From: Planctomycetota bacterium
GTDB lineage: Bacteria; Planctomycetota; MHYJ01; WSZJ01
Direction of reading: 5' to 3'
Assembly (NCBI GenBank): GCA_038060895.1
Contig: JBBTCT010000011.1
Location: 57,919-121,918 of the forward strand
Length of the DNA stretch: 64,000 bases
This document shows positions 1-8,355 of this stretch, piece by piece. Made by a program: the position numbers and the translations under genes. Under the pieces are notes generated by a model. It saw nothing but the letters and a program-made list of their open reading frames with translations, ran no database searches and was not told the origin of the DNA. The stretch's first letter is position 1. Each line of letters opens with the position of its first letter.

Positions 1-109
1 GCTCTTGACTTCCATCGAATGAAATTGAACGCGGAGGCCCCATCGGGCACCCGGCTTGCGACGTTGGACCTTGGGACTTCCTGCAACCTCATTGCGGAGA
101 CTTCACGAC

Positions 110-1210
110 ATGCGCTTCCTCGCTTCGATCGCCATCGCGCTTCTCGCCGCCTCGACGGCCAGCGCTCACGTTGGTTACAAGATCAAGATGTCCGCCACCT
201 ACAAAGAGACGAGAAAGGGTGATACGACATTCCGCAACATCTTCGTCTCCGGCCACGCGCACTACCCGGATGGAACGGTGCTTGTGGTCATGATCCGGCC
301 TGAGAAGGGTGGGTATCTGCCGCTCAGCGTCAAGGGAACGGTTCAAAAGGAAGAATTCGCCGCGGAAATGGGCCCGTGGCGCGAGGGCTTCCCTTCCGGC
401 AAGTACGTCTGCGAGGCCTGGTTCGAGTTTGAGAAGCAGTCGGAGGGTGTGAAGAGCCTGCTGCGCGAGACGGAAGAATTCGCGAAGTGCCTGAAGGACG
501 ATCCGACTTACCAGGAGAGATACAAGCTGGAGAATCCCGAGAGGTACGAGAAGTTGATGCGGCAGATCGCCGGATCCGGGAAGTGCGCGTCGAACAAGCA
601 GTTCGGGACGTGCGAGTTGAGCATCGGGTCGGCGGATGAAGCGGCGCAGTCTGGCGAGGCGGAGCGGGCATTTCTTCGGGATCGGGCGGACTACGTGAAG
701 GACATGTTGTCTGAGCTGGTCAAGGCGCACGCGAAGCATTCGGACCCGAACAAGGGTGCCGACGCGACAGCGGAGTCGTTCCAGCTCTGGGCGACGGAAT
801 TCGAGAATCAGCTGGGGCAGCTTGACGAGGAAGTGACGGGGAAGCTGACAGGGATGGTGTTCAACGCGAAGAAGGACACTTACGACAATCTGGCGCAGTC
901 GATCATGGCGCTGGGAGATCTGGAGAGGACGATTCAGGCGGAGTTGTACGGCGAGTCGTCCAAGAAGCTGGCGGAGTTGCAGGCGTTGAATGACAAGGGC
1001 GAGAAGAACCTCGACAAGGACCAGAAGCGGCGCCGGGAGGTCCTGAAGAGGGAGCTGAGTTCGGTGCAGTCGAATCGGGAGGACGGCGCCAAGCGGGTTG
1101 TGGAAAGCCTGGCGGAGACGAGATTCGGGCACAAAGGGCTGGATCCGGCGCCCGAGAGGAAGAAGAAGTACGTGGAGGAGTTGAAGGAGGAGTTTGGCTT
1201 CCAGTGGTAA
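110..1210 (+). CDS. Secreted hypothetical protein (signal peptide, beta-rich N-domain, helical C-domain)
   Basis: ATG at 110 preceded by CGGAGA; MRFLASIAIALLAASTASA signal peptide; GC-type codon usage; no recognised family. Confidence 0.8.
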   Translation: MRFLASIAIALLAASTASAHVGYKIKMSATYKETRKGDTTFRNIFVSGHAHYPDGTVLVVMIRPEKGGYLPLSVKGTVQKEEFAAEMGPWREGFPSGKYVCEAWFEFEKQSEGVKSLLRETEEFAKCLKDDPTYQERYKLENPERYEKLMRQIAGSGKCASNKQFGTCELSIGSADEAAQSGEAERAFLRDRADYVKDMLSELVKAHAKHSDPNKGADATAESFQLWATEFENQLGQLDEEVTGKLTGMVFNAKKDTYDNLAQSIMALGDLERTIQAELYGESSKKLAELQALNDKGEKNLDKDQKRRREVLKRELSSVQSNREDGAKRVVESLAETRFGHKGLDPAPERKKKYVEELKEEFGFQW

Positions 1211-1392
1211 TCGTGAGGGATTCAGGGGTCGAGAAGCGGGATCCGGGGTAGGCGCAGGGCTCGGTTTCTCGTTACTCCCGGGTAACATGGACCCTGTCAC
1301 GTAACCTCCAGCTGGACCAAAGGCGTTTCGATCTATTACTTAAATACATGGCTAATAACGACTTGTGACGTAAATAAGCGGATCCGCGACCA

Positions 1393-1407
1393 AGGCACGG
1401 TGCTTGC
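1393..1407 (+). promoter_or_regulatory. sigma54 (-24/-12) promoter
   Basis: AGGCACGGTGCTTGC: GG(1394-95)-N10-GC(1406-07), matches TGGCACG-N4-TTGC except for the first base; ~75 bp upstream of ATG 1483. Confidence 0.7.
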
Positions 1408-1429
1408 GAAAAGGGTCTATCGAAGTTGG

Positions 1430-1449
1430 GATCTCACACGTGTGAGATC
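1430..1449. repeat. Perfect 20-bp palindrome in putative 5' UTR
   Basis: GATCTCACAC|GTGTGAGATC. Confidence 0.85.
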
Positions 1450-1482
1450 AGGTGATTCAAGTCCCTTTAGAAGGAGATTCAC

Positions 1483-1707
1483 ATGAAGGCTCTCATCCTC
1501 GTTGTGGCGCTGGTGGCCGTGATTGCGGCGCCGGTCCTGTGCTTCGCTTGCCCTCCCCCTCCGGCGCCGGGTTATGACGGCGGCGGCGCGGGCGACGGTC
1601 CTGGCCCCGGCGGCGACGGCGGCGGCGGGTCCGACACGGGTGGCGATGACACCGACAGCGGCGGGTCGGGCTCGGGCGACGCCGGCACGGGAAACGTGAC
1701 CGCCTAG
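1483..1707 (+). CDS. Small secreted Gly/Asp/Pro-rich peptide (74 aa)
   Basis: Strong RBS AAGGAGA, hydrophobic signal peptide, own promoter and terminator. Confidence 0.75.
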   Translation: MKALILVVALVAVIAAPVLCFACPPPPAPGYDGGGAGDGPGPGGDGGGGSDTGGDDTDSGGSGSGDAGTGNVTA

Positions 1708-1744
1708 TTCGGTCCTGAACGCGAGTAAGACTTCAGTCAGATCA

Positions 1745-1778
1745 GAAAACGCCGCCGGCCAAAAGCCGGCGGCGTTTC
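1745..1778 (+). terminator. Intrinsic terminator-like hairpin
   Basis: gaaaacgccgccggc-caaaa-gccggcggcgtttc, 38 nt after the stop codon; short T tail. Confidence 0.7.
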
Positions 1779-1842
1779 GCTATTCAGGACCGCCCTTCCT
1801 TGCCCAACCGAATCCCTCGGATACAATCTCCTCACACGCCGC

Positions 1843-2889
1843 ATGCTGAAATCACTCGTCGCCTCCGCCGTCGTCGCCGCCTGTACCATCGGCGGCATCG
1901 TAGCCGTGCGCAAATCCTCCCCGGCGTACCCCGACTACAGCCTGCTCAACGCGCGCCTTCACGACCCGAACCCCGCAGTCCGCCAGGCCACGGTCACCGA
2001 AATGTTCCAGAAGGCGGACCTCGCCGCGACCCGCGCTCTCCTCTCCGTCGCACGCGAAAATGATTCGACCGTACTCGGCAATCTCAACTTCGCCCTCCTG
2101 TCCACCCGCAACAAGCCCTCCGTCGATTGGCTCACTTCAGAGGGCCTCACCTTCCCTGAACGCTGGACTCGCTACTACGCCGTCCGCATCCTCTGGCGGG
2201 AAGAAAACACGGCCGCGCTCCCGCGACTCCTCCCGCTCCTCGCCGATAACTACTGGCAGGTCCAGGTCGCCATCCTCGACGCACTCGCAGAGTCCGGCGA
2301 CCTTTCGCAGGCCGGCGAACCCCTCGGCGCCGCCGCTTCACCTGGAAAAAACTGGGAAGTCCGCTCGCGCGCCATCCGCCTCCTGGGCCAGGCGAATTCC
2401 GCCGCGGCCGCACGCACACTCCTCGAAAAGGCTCTCCCTCCCACGACAGGTCCTGCGGAGTCCGAGGCGGAACGAGCCGTGGAAGAGGCGCTTTCCGGCA
2501 TGACGGACGCCGATGCGCTCAAAGTGGTGGCCGAGGGACTGACCGGGACGGATCTCACTCGAAAACTCCTCGCCGTGAAGGTGCTGGGCCGGGCGAAGAG
2601 CTCGGATGCGGTGGCAAAGTTCAAAGAAATTGCCGGTGACGCAACCGCCGCTACGCCGCTTCGCATCGCGGCCATCCGCGCGCTGGTGCTGGCGGGAGGC
2701 GAAGAGGGCGTCTCTTCGACAATCAAGGCGATGGACGGCGGAGAGGCCGCGATCAGGCTGGAAGCGGCGTACGCGCTCTCGGAAGCGACCTTGAGCCCTG
2801 CACAGAAAGACGAAGTGAAGGCGCTGGCTGCGAAGGAGCAGGATTGGCGCGTGAAGCAGGCGCTTCAGATCGCTGCGGGAGAACGCTGA
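1843..2889 (+). CDS. Exported/membrane-anchored HEAT-repeat protein
   Basis: N-terminal hydrophobic segment; repeated D.npaVR.AA..aL HEAT/PBS-lyase-like units. Confidence 0.8.
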   Translation: MLKSLVASAVVAACTIGGIVAVRKSSPAYPDYSLLNARLHDPNPAVRQATVTEMFQKADLAATRALLSVARENDSTVLGNLNFALLSTRNKPSVDWLTSEGLTFPERWTRYYAVRILWREENTAALPRLLPLLADNYWQVQVAILDALAESGDLSQAGEPLGAAASPGKNWEVRSRAIRLLGQANSAAAARTLLEKALPPTTGPAESEAERAVEEALSGMTDADALKVVAEGLTGTDLTRKLLAVKVLGRAKSSDAVAKFKEIAGDATAATPLRIAAIRALVLAGGEEGVSSTIKAMDGGEAAIRLEAAYALSEATLSPAQKDEVKALAAKEQDWRVKQALQIAAGER

Positions 2890-3446
2890 TGCGCTTCTTC
2901 TTCATCTTCGCGCTGGTCTCGGCAACGGCCTGGTCGGAGCCGGCGGCGACAACGCGTCCTGTCCAGGCGCCGGAGCCGGATTTCGCGGGTGCCGGGGAAT
3001 CGGTCCCCGTGGAGATTGAAAAGGACGGGTACAAGGCGAAGCTGTCGTGGTTCCCGGCGGTGCCGAAGCCGGGCGACCTGGTGCGCTACCGGCTGGCGAT
3101 CACGATTCCCGGAGGCGCCGCGCCGGCGTTGCTGGTGAGAGCGACGATGACGAAGACGGCTCCCGGCGACGCGTATGACCTGCTGCCCAAGTCGGAAGTG
3201 CCGCCTGAGGCGACTCCCCAGGACGGCCGCTACGTCTTTACGCAGACGATTTTCGTGCCGGGGACGTATCGATTGACGATCGACGCGGACGATCTGGAGG
3301 CGGGACGGTCGCTGAAATTTGAATTCGCTCCTGCGACCATCGGGACGTCGTCGTCGAATGCGCTGGCCTACGGGATCGGGATCGCCGGCCTTGCGCTGAT
3401 CGTCATCCTGATCGCGTTCGGGCTGAGAAGGCCGGCGGCCGAGTAG
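2889..3446 (+). CDS. Secreted Ig-like protein with C-terminal TM anchor
   Basis: TGATG coupling with upstream gene; signal peptide MRFFFIFALVSATAWS; PGTYRLTI beta motif; C-terminal TM followed by RR. Confidence 0.7.
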   Translation: MRFFFIFALVSATAWSEPAATTRPVQAPEPDFAGAGESVPVEIEKDGYKAKLSWFPAVPKPGDLVRYRLAITIPGGAAPALLVRATMTKTAPGDAYDLLPKSEVPPEATPQDGRYVFTQTIFVPGTYRLTIDADDLEAGRSLKFEFAPATIGTSSSNALAYGIGIAGLALIVILIAFGLRRPAAE

Positions 3447-4688
3447 TTATCGGCCAGCTTCCCCGACGGACACGTAGCGCCCCCACGCGTTCAACTCGAC
3501 TCCGCTTCCAGGCCGCGCCAGCGAGTAGAACACGCCGCGAGCCAGCGGGATGACCAGTCGCGCGTCGAGGAGGGCCGCCTCGAGGGCGCGCGCCCATTCG
3601 GCGCGTTCCGCGGGCTCGAGGGCTGATTGGAGGGACTCGAAGAGCGGGGCGAGCTCGGGGTGGTCCGTGGAGAGAGAGCGCAGAGGGCGGAAGAAGTCAT
3701 CGAGCGCGGGGGTTTCGGCGACGAGCACCGCGATGCGGAGGCGCGCGATGTGGCCGGCCGTGGGATCGGAAGATGTCAGGCCTGTGCGCCGGAGCGCCTC
3801 GCGAATTGGCGCGAGGAACAGGCCCGCTTCCAGGCGCAACGGATCGGCCGCGAGCGTCAGGGAAGCGGGGATCTTTCCGGGCCGGGCCGGGCGGGGAGAA
3901 GCGGGCTCGGCGAGTCCCAGCACGGCGGGGACCAACCTATGAGCCGCGCGCCCGGCGTCAAAGAGCGCTCGTTTGCTCAGGGCCTCGGCGTCGATGGCTT
4001 CCGCGACGGCCGCGCGCTGACCGGCGTCCTCGAGATCGAGGATGAGGACGAGAGTGAACGCGGCCTCGAGGGTGCGGAAGGCGGGGTCGTTGCGGACTGC
4101 GGTTGCGTAACCGGGCGGGATGAAGTCGAGCCGGGCGAGATGGCCGGCGCGAAAGGCGTCGATGGACTGGCGCGGGTCGTCAGATGAGCCGAATCGCAGT
4201 GTGAGGCGGCCTTGCGCGCGGGGGGAGAAAAGGCGCCATTCGGCGCCTAAAAGCGTGGGCGGAGCAAAATCCCCGTTTGCAACAGGTGCGGCGGCGCAGA
4301 GCCGGGCGGGCAGGTCCGCGTCCGGAATGTCGAGGCGGACGGCCAGCGTCGCGGGATCCACGGCGGACGCGGTTCCTGGACCCGGCCAGGAGGAGGCCCA
4401 ATCGGCGGCGCGGTCCACTTCGAAAGTCCAGCGGCGGAAGTCAGGTGAGTGGCTCCAGGATCGCGCGGCCGAGGGCGCGGCCCCGCCGCCGGGGGCGGGT
4501 GAAGCGAGGGGGCGGCCGGAGAGATGGGCGGTCGAGAACTGGAGAAGGGGCGAGCCGCGCTCGGCGCAGACGACGACGGCGGTCGCGGTCACGGGCGGCC
4601 GCGGCCGTGGCGGCTTGGGCTTCGAACCGCCGCAGGCGGCGAGGAGCGGAAGGGCAAAAAGGGCCGGGGCGGCGAGGAGGCGGCTCAC
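3447..4688 (-). CDS. Lipoprotein, divergent ABC family-5 (peptide/Ni) substrate-binding-like
   Basis: Lipobox LLAAC; ARSWSHSPDFRRWTF, AVDPATLAVRL, RAAVAEAID and LVIPL segments recall SBP_bac_5; shorter than typical. Confidence 0.6.
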   Translation of the reverse strand: MSRLLAAPALFALPLLAACGGSKPKPPRPRPPVTATAVVVCAERGSPLLQFSTAHLSGRPLASPAPGGGAAPSAARSWSHSPDFRRWTFEVDRAADWASSWPGPGTASAVDPATLAVRLDIPDADLPARLCAAAPVANGDFAPPTLLGAEWRLFSPRAQGRLTLRFGSSDDPRQSIDAFRAGHLARLDFIPPGYATAVRNDPAFRTLEAAFTLVLILDLEDAGQRAAVAEAIDAEALSKRALFDAGRAAHRLVPAVLGLAEPASPRPARPGKIPASLTLAADPLRLEAGLFLAPIREALRRTGLTSSDPTAGHIARLRIAVLVAETPALDDFFRPLRSLSTDHPELAPLFESLQSALEPAERAEWARALEAALLDARLVIPLARGVFYSLARPGSGVELNAWGRYVSVGEAGR

Positions 4689-4698
4689 GCGGACATTA

Positions 4699-5325
4699 TC
4701 ACCGAGGGAGCATCGCCGCGATCTCGGTTTCCATCGCGGCGGCCGCTTCTTCCCACGTCACCCGCCTGTTCGCCTCCGCCTCGATGGTTGTCATCGGGCA
4801 GCCTGGCATCCCGCAGGGGTGGATGAGCGCGAAATGAGCGAGATCAGGGCAGGCGTTGAGGGCGAAACCGTGGGTGGAGATACCGCGGGAGACGTGGATG
4901 CCGACGGAGCCAATTTTCTTTCCGCCGACCCAGGTGCCGATCGTCTCGCGGCCGGCGGTGGCGGCGACCCCGAAGCGTCCGCAGGCGCGGACCATGGCGT
5001 CCTCGAGCCCGTGGACGAAGGCGGCGACGCCGAGGCGAAAGGTCGGCAGGTGCAGGATCGGGTAACCGACGACCTGGCCGGGGCCGTGCCAGGTCACGTC
5101 ACCGCCGCGGTCGCAGCGTTCGACGTCGATGCCGCGCCGGCGAAGCTCGTCCTCGGCGACCAGCAGGCTCTCCGCGCGCGCATTGCGGCCGAGCGTGAAC
5201 ACCGGGGGGTGCTCGACGAGCACGAGATGCGCGACTCCCCGCTCCTCCCGGGCGCGCGCCGCAAGCTCCCGCTGAAGGTCAAGCGCCGCGCGCCATGCCA
5301 GCCTGCCCGGGCGGTGGATGATCAG
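4699..5325 (-). CDS. lipB: Octanoyltransferase LipB (probable CTG start)
   Basis: EHPPVFTLGR, DRGGDVTWHGPGQVVGYPI, KIGSVG, HGFALN, PCG motifs; LipB-like sequence extends upstream of GTG 5223 to CTG 5325. Confidence 0.9.
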   Translation of the reverse strand: MIIHRPGRLAWRAALDLQRELAARAREERGVAHLVLVEHPPVFTLGRNARAESLLVAEDELRRRGIDVERCDRGGDVTWHGPGQVVGYPILHLPTFRLGVAAFVHGLEDAMVRACGRFGVAATAGRETIGTWVGGKKIGSVGIHVSRGISTHGFALNACPDLAHFALIHPCGMPGCPMTTIEAEANRRVTWEEAAAAMETEIAAMLPR

Positions 5326-6368
5326 CGTCGTTTCAGCTCTTCCATCTGGTCGTCAAACTCCTGCTGCATGCGGGGAACGCTGAACTCGATGACGCCTTCC
5401 GACATCAGCTTCAGCGCGGCAGCCGCCCTCGCTCTCCTGAGCATCTCATTCCTCAACATGAAGATGATCGCATGCTGCGCTTCCTCGAAAGACGTCTTGC
5501 GCGCGTCTTCACGCCCGACAACGCGCGCGAGATACCACGTCCCCGACTCCCCCTTGACCGGCCCGACGAACGCCCCCTCGACCGCCTTGAATGCCTCGCC
5601 GGCAAGCGCGGGCTCGAGGTCGGTTTTCGTGCGCCACTGGAGGTCGACAGGCGCCTCCTGCTGGATTTCCGCGTCGCGGTACTTCGTCAGTCCCGCGAAG
5701 TCCGCGCCCGCGTCGACTTGCTTGCGGATGCTCTCGGCGAGCCGGCGCGCGCGCCCCTCCGCGCCGCGCTGGCTCTTGATCTCCAGGACAAGGAGCCTCA
5801 CCCGCTCGGGGTGCTGGAATTCCTCCGGATGCTCAACAAACCAGGCGAGCGCAACTGCGGGCGGCACGAAAACCGCCGTCCGGTCCATTTCCTCGTGGAG
5901 CACGATCTCCATGATCATCTCCGACTTCAGTCCCTCTTTCCACTTGGTCATCGTCAGATCGCTCTGCGCCAGCATCTCCTTGAATTTCTCCCGGTCCCCT
6001 CCAGCCTCCCGCTTCACAATCTCCTCTTCGCGGTCCTCGACCTCCTGGTCGCTGATCACGATTCCATACTTCCTGGCCTTCTGGTTCACCACCCTTTCCC
6101 GGACCAGTTCGACGAGTGTGTCATTGAAGAGTCCCAGGAATTCCCTCGCGAATTCCTCCGGCCTGCCACCCTTCGCGTTCCGGAGCCCGTCAATTCTCTT
6201 CCCCATCCTCGCCAGCACTTCGCTCTTGAGAATCGGATCTCCGTTCACTTTCGCCATCCAGCCCCGCTCATACTCGGGAGGGAATGGAAGGGGCGCTTGC
6301 GCGCTGGCGGAGGCCGCGGGCGCGAGAAGAGCGACGGCCAGGAAGAACTGCCGGATGGTCGTTGCCAT
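5322..6368 (-). CDS. SurA/PrsA-like parvulin PPIase chaperone
   Basis: Signal peptide; AKVNGDPILKSEV SurA N-domain; GADFAGLTKY and GPVKGESG parvulin-like segments. Confidence 0.8.
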   Translation of the reverse strand: MATTIRQFFLAVALLAPAASASAQAPLPFPPEYERGWMAKVNGDPILKSEVLARMGKRIDGLRNAKGGRPEEFAREFLGLFNDTLVELVRERVVNQKARKYGIVISDQEVEDREEEIVKREAGGDREKFKEMLAQSDLTMTKWKEGLKSEMIMEIVLHEEMDRTAVFVPPAVALAWFVEHPEEFQHPERVRLLVLEIKSQRGAEGRARRLAESIRKQVDAGADFAGLTKYRDAEIQQEAPVDLQWRTKTDLEPALAGEAFKAVEGAFVGPVKGESGTWYLARVVGREDARKTSFEEAQHAIIFMLRNEMLRRARAAAALKLMSEGVIEFSVPRMQQEFDDQMEELKRR

Positions 6369-6460
6369 GGCCCGGCATTCTAAGGAACGCCGGGGCGGTC
6401 GCGCACCAAGGATCCGCCGTCGCTCAACGCCCCCCCTCCTGCGCGCCGATATTACCTGCG

Positions 6461-7330
6461 ATGCCTCCCGCCCCCGACCTCCCGGCCTCCATGCTGAGCG
6501 ACCTCGCGGACTTCGACGACTACCTCTCCGCGGAGTGCGGGCTGGCACCCAACTCGCGCTCCGCATACGCCCGCGACCTCGCCCGGTTCTCGGCCCACGT
6601 CGCGTCCCGCACCACATTCGCCCGCGCCAGCGCCGACGACGTCGCCGAATTTCTGCGCGCCGAGGAAGCGCGCGGTCTCCGCCCTTCCTCCCGTTCCCGA
6701 GCGCTGGCCGCCATCCGCATGCTCTATCGTTTCCTGGCCGCCGAGCGCCGCGCCCGGGACGTCGCGGCGGCGGCGGAGGGCCCGCGGGGCGAGAAGCGGC
6801 TTCCGCGCACGCTTTCCTCCCAGGCGCTGGCGGCGGTTCTCGACGGCGGGCTCGGCCTGCGCGACGCGGCCCTTCTGGAATTCCTCTACGCGACCGGCGC
6901 GCGTGTTTCTGAAGCGGTCAACCTGAAGGAAGGAGACCTGGACTTCGACCTCGGCGTCGCGCGGCTTTTCGGGAAGGGTTCGAAGGAGCGCCTGGTGCCG
7001 CTGGGAGAAGCGGCGGCAGCGCGGCTGCGGGCGTGGCTTCCGGAGCGGAAGCCGCCGTTCGTGTTTCCTGGAAAGGGCGGCGGGCGGCCGATGAGGCGCG
7101 AGACGGCGTGGCGAATTGTGGAGCGTGTGGCGAGAGCGAACGGGCAGGCGGGCGTGCACCCCCACACGTTGAGGCACTCGTTCGCGACGCACCTGCTCGA
7201 GGGGGGTGCGAACCTGCGCGCGGTTCAGGAAATGCTCGGGCATGCCTCGGTGGCGACGACGCAGATCTACACGCACGTGGACTCGAGCCGGTTGATGAAG
7301 ATGCACAAGTCGTTCCATCCGCGCGCGTAG
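6461..7330 (+). CDS. xerD: Tyrosine recombinase XerD
   Basis: GLAPNSRSAYARDL SAM domain; LYATGARVSE, GKGSKERLVP, HPHTLRHSFATHLLEGGANLRAVQEMLGH, TTQIYTHV, HPRA C-terminus. Confidence 0.9.
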   Translation: MPPAPDLPASMLSDLADFDDYLSAECGLAPNSRSAYARDLARFSAHVASRTTFARASADDVAEFLRAEEARGLRPSSRSRALAAIRMLYRFLAAERRARDVAAAAEGPRGEKRLPRTLSSQALAAVLDGGLGLRDAALLEFLYATGARVSEAVNLKEGDLDFDLGVARLFGKGSKERLVPLGEAAAARLRAWLPERKPPFVFPGKGGGRPMRRETAWRIVERVARANGQAGVHPHTLRHSFATHLLEGGANLRAVQEMLGHASVATTQIYTHVDSSRLMKMHKSFHPRA

Positions 7331-7431
7331 AGAGTCGGGCGGATCAGGCTGCGTCGGCCGGGTTGACGGGGCCTGGACGGCGGCGCTATCTCGGGCCGGC
7401 TCTGCCCGACCCACCCGATTCTCTACGCGCG
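7322..7431. repeat. REPIN-like long inverted repeat (GTAG...CTAC) between convergent xerD and truA
   Basis: cgcgcGTAGagagtcgggcgg ... ccacccgattctCTACgcgcg, 21-bp arms with 2 mismatches; includes the xerD stop codon. Confidence 0.7.
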
Positions 7432-7450
7432 AGGAAGCGGCCAGGCAACA

Positions 7451-8254
7451 TCACGGCTTGCCGGGCACGTCTGTGCCGCCGATCACCGCGGGCCGCAGCG
7501 CCGGCAATTTCTCTTTGCCGTAGAAGACTTGCTCAAGAAACAGCCCCGAGGGGGGCGCGGTCCACTCCGCCACGTTTCCGCGCCCGGAGGCGAGCAGCAT
7601 GCCGACCTCGCCTGCCTGCATCGCCCCTGTTCCTACGCGCGCCAGGACGCCTGCGACGCGGCGGACCATTTTGCGCAGGAAGTGGGAAGCGACGAACCTG
7701 AACAGGATGAGCGGGCCAGCTTCCTCGAGCGTCGCCTCGAACACGCGCACCTTGGTTGATTTTTCGTCGCCGGAGTCTTCGAGGTCGGCGAAGGACGCGA
7801 AATCATGCATGCCGACGAGCAGCGCGGCCGCCTGACGCATGCGGTCGAGGTTGAGATCGTCGCGGACCCACCAGACGAATGGCTTGAGGAAGGCGCTTCG
7901 GCGTCGCGAGAACTGGTAGATGTAGGAGCGCAGGGTCGCGTCGTGGCGGGCGTGCCAGCGGTCGTGGGCCGGTTCGACGGAGAGGACGTGGATGTCGGAC
8001 GGAAGGCCGTCGTTGATCGCGATCTCGAGTCCGCGCGGCGTGCGCGGCCGCTTTTTCGCGCGCAGGTGGGCGACCTGGGCGAGTGCGTGAACGCCGGCGT
8101 CCGTGCGGCCCGCGCCGCCGACCTCGACCGCCTCCCCGAAGACCCGCCGGGCGGCGCCGCGCAGCTCGCCAGCTACGGTGCGCTCGCGCGGCTGCTCCTG
8201 CCAGCCGGCATAGCGGGTTCCTTCGTACTCGAGCGTGACTTTCCAGGTCGGCAT
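7451..8254 (-). CDS. truA: tRNA pseudouridine(38-40) synthase TruA
   Basis: YEGTRYAGWQ, GAGRTDAGVHA, HDFASF, FLRKMVR, TAPPSGLFL. Confidence 0.95.
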   Translation of the reverse strand: MPTWKVTLEYEGTRYAGWQEQPRERTVAGELRGAARRVFGEAVEVGGAGRTDAGVHALAQVAHLRAKKRPRTPRGLEIAINDGLPSDIHVLSVEPAHDRWHARHDATLRSYIYQFSRRRSAFLKPFVWWVRDDLNLDRMRQAAALLVGMHDFASFADLEDSGDEKSTKVRVFEATLEEAGPLILFRFVASHFLRKMVRRVAGVLARVGTGAMQAGEVGMLLASGRGNVAEWTAPPSGLFLEQVFYGKEKLPALRPAVIGGTDVPGKP

Positions 8255-8268
8255 GGGGGCATGAGGTT

Positions 8269-8303
8269 ACACGGAGGACGCGGAGCGCACGGAGGTCACG
8301 GAG
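8269..8303. repeat. (CACGGAG)n short intergenic repeat; second copy at ~19412-19447
   Basis: acacggaggacgcggagcgcacggaggtcacggag; similar cacaccgagcgcacggagctcacggaaacccggag at 19412. Confidence 0.65.
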
Positions 8304-8355
8304 AAAAACAAAAAATAAAGGCGAGGCTGCACCGGCATTGCCGGCCCAGCCCAGC
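8303..8355 (-). terminator. Intrinsic terminator after the EF-G gene
   Basis: GC hairpin (ggctg..ccggc aat gccgg..cagcc) followed by TTTATTTTTTGTTTTT on the minus strand. Confidence 0.7.

Noticed and set aside
1483-1707. Peptide as a classical RiPP precursor
   Set aside because: No modifying enzymes nearby and the leader looks like a Sec signal peptide; kept only as a secreted peptide
4120-6912. 930-aa plus-strand ORF
   Set aside because: Shadow of the SBP-like, lipB and SurA-like genes and out of frame with xerD; no domain signal
6461-7330. Tyrosine recombinase as a phage/island integrase
   Set aside because: Canonical XerD motifs, housekeeping neighbours, no att sites or cargo
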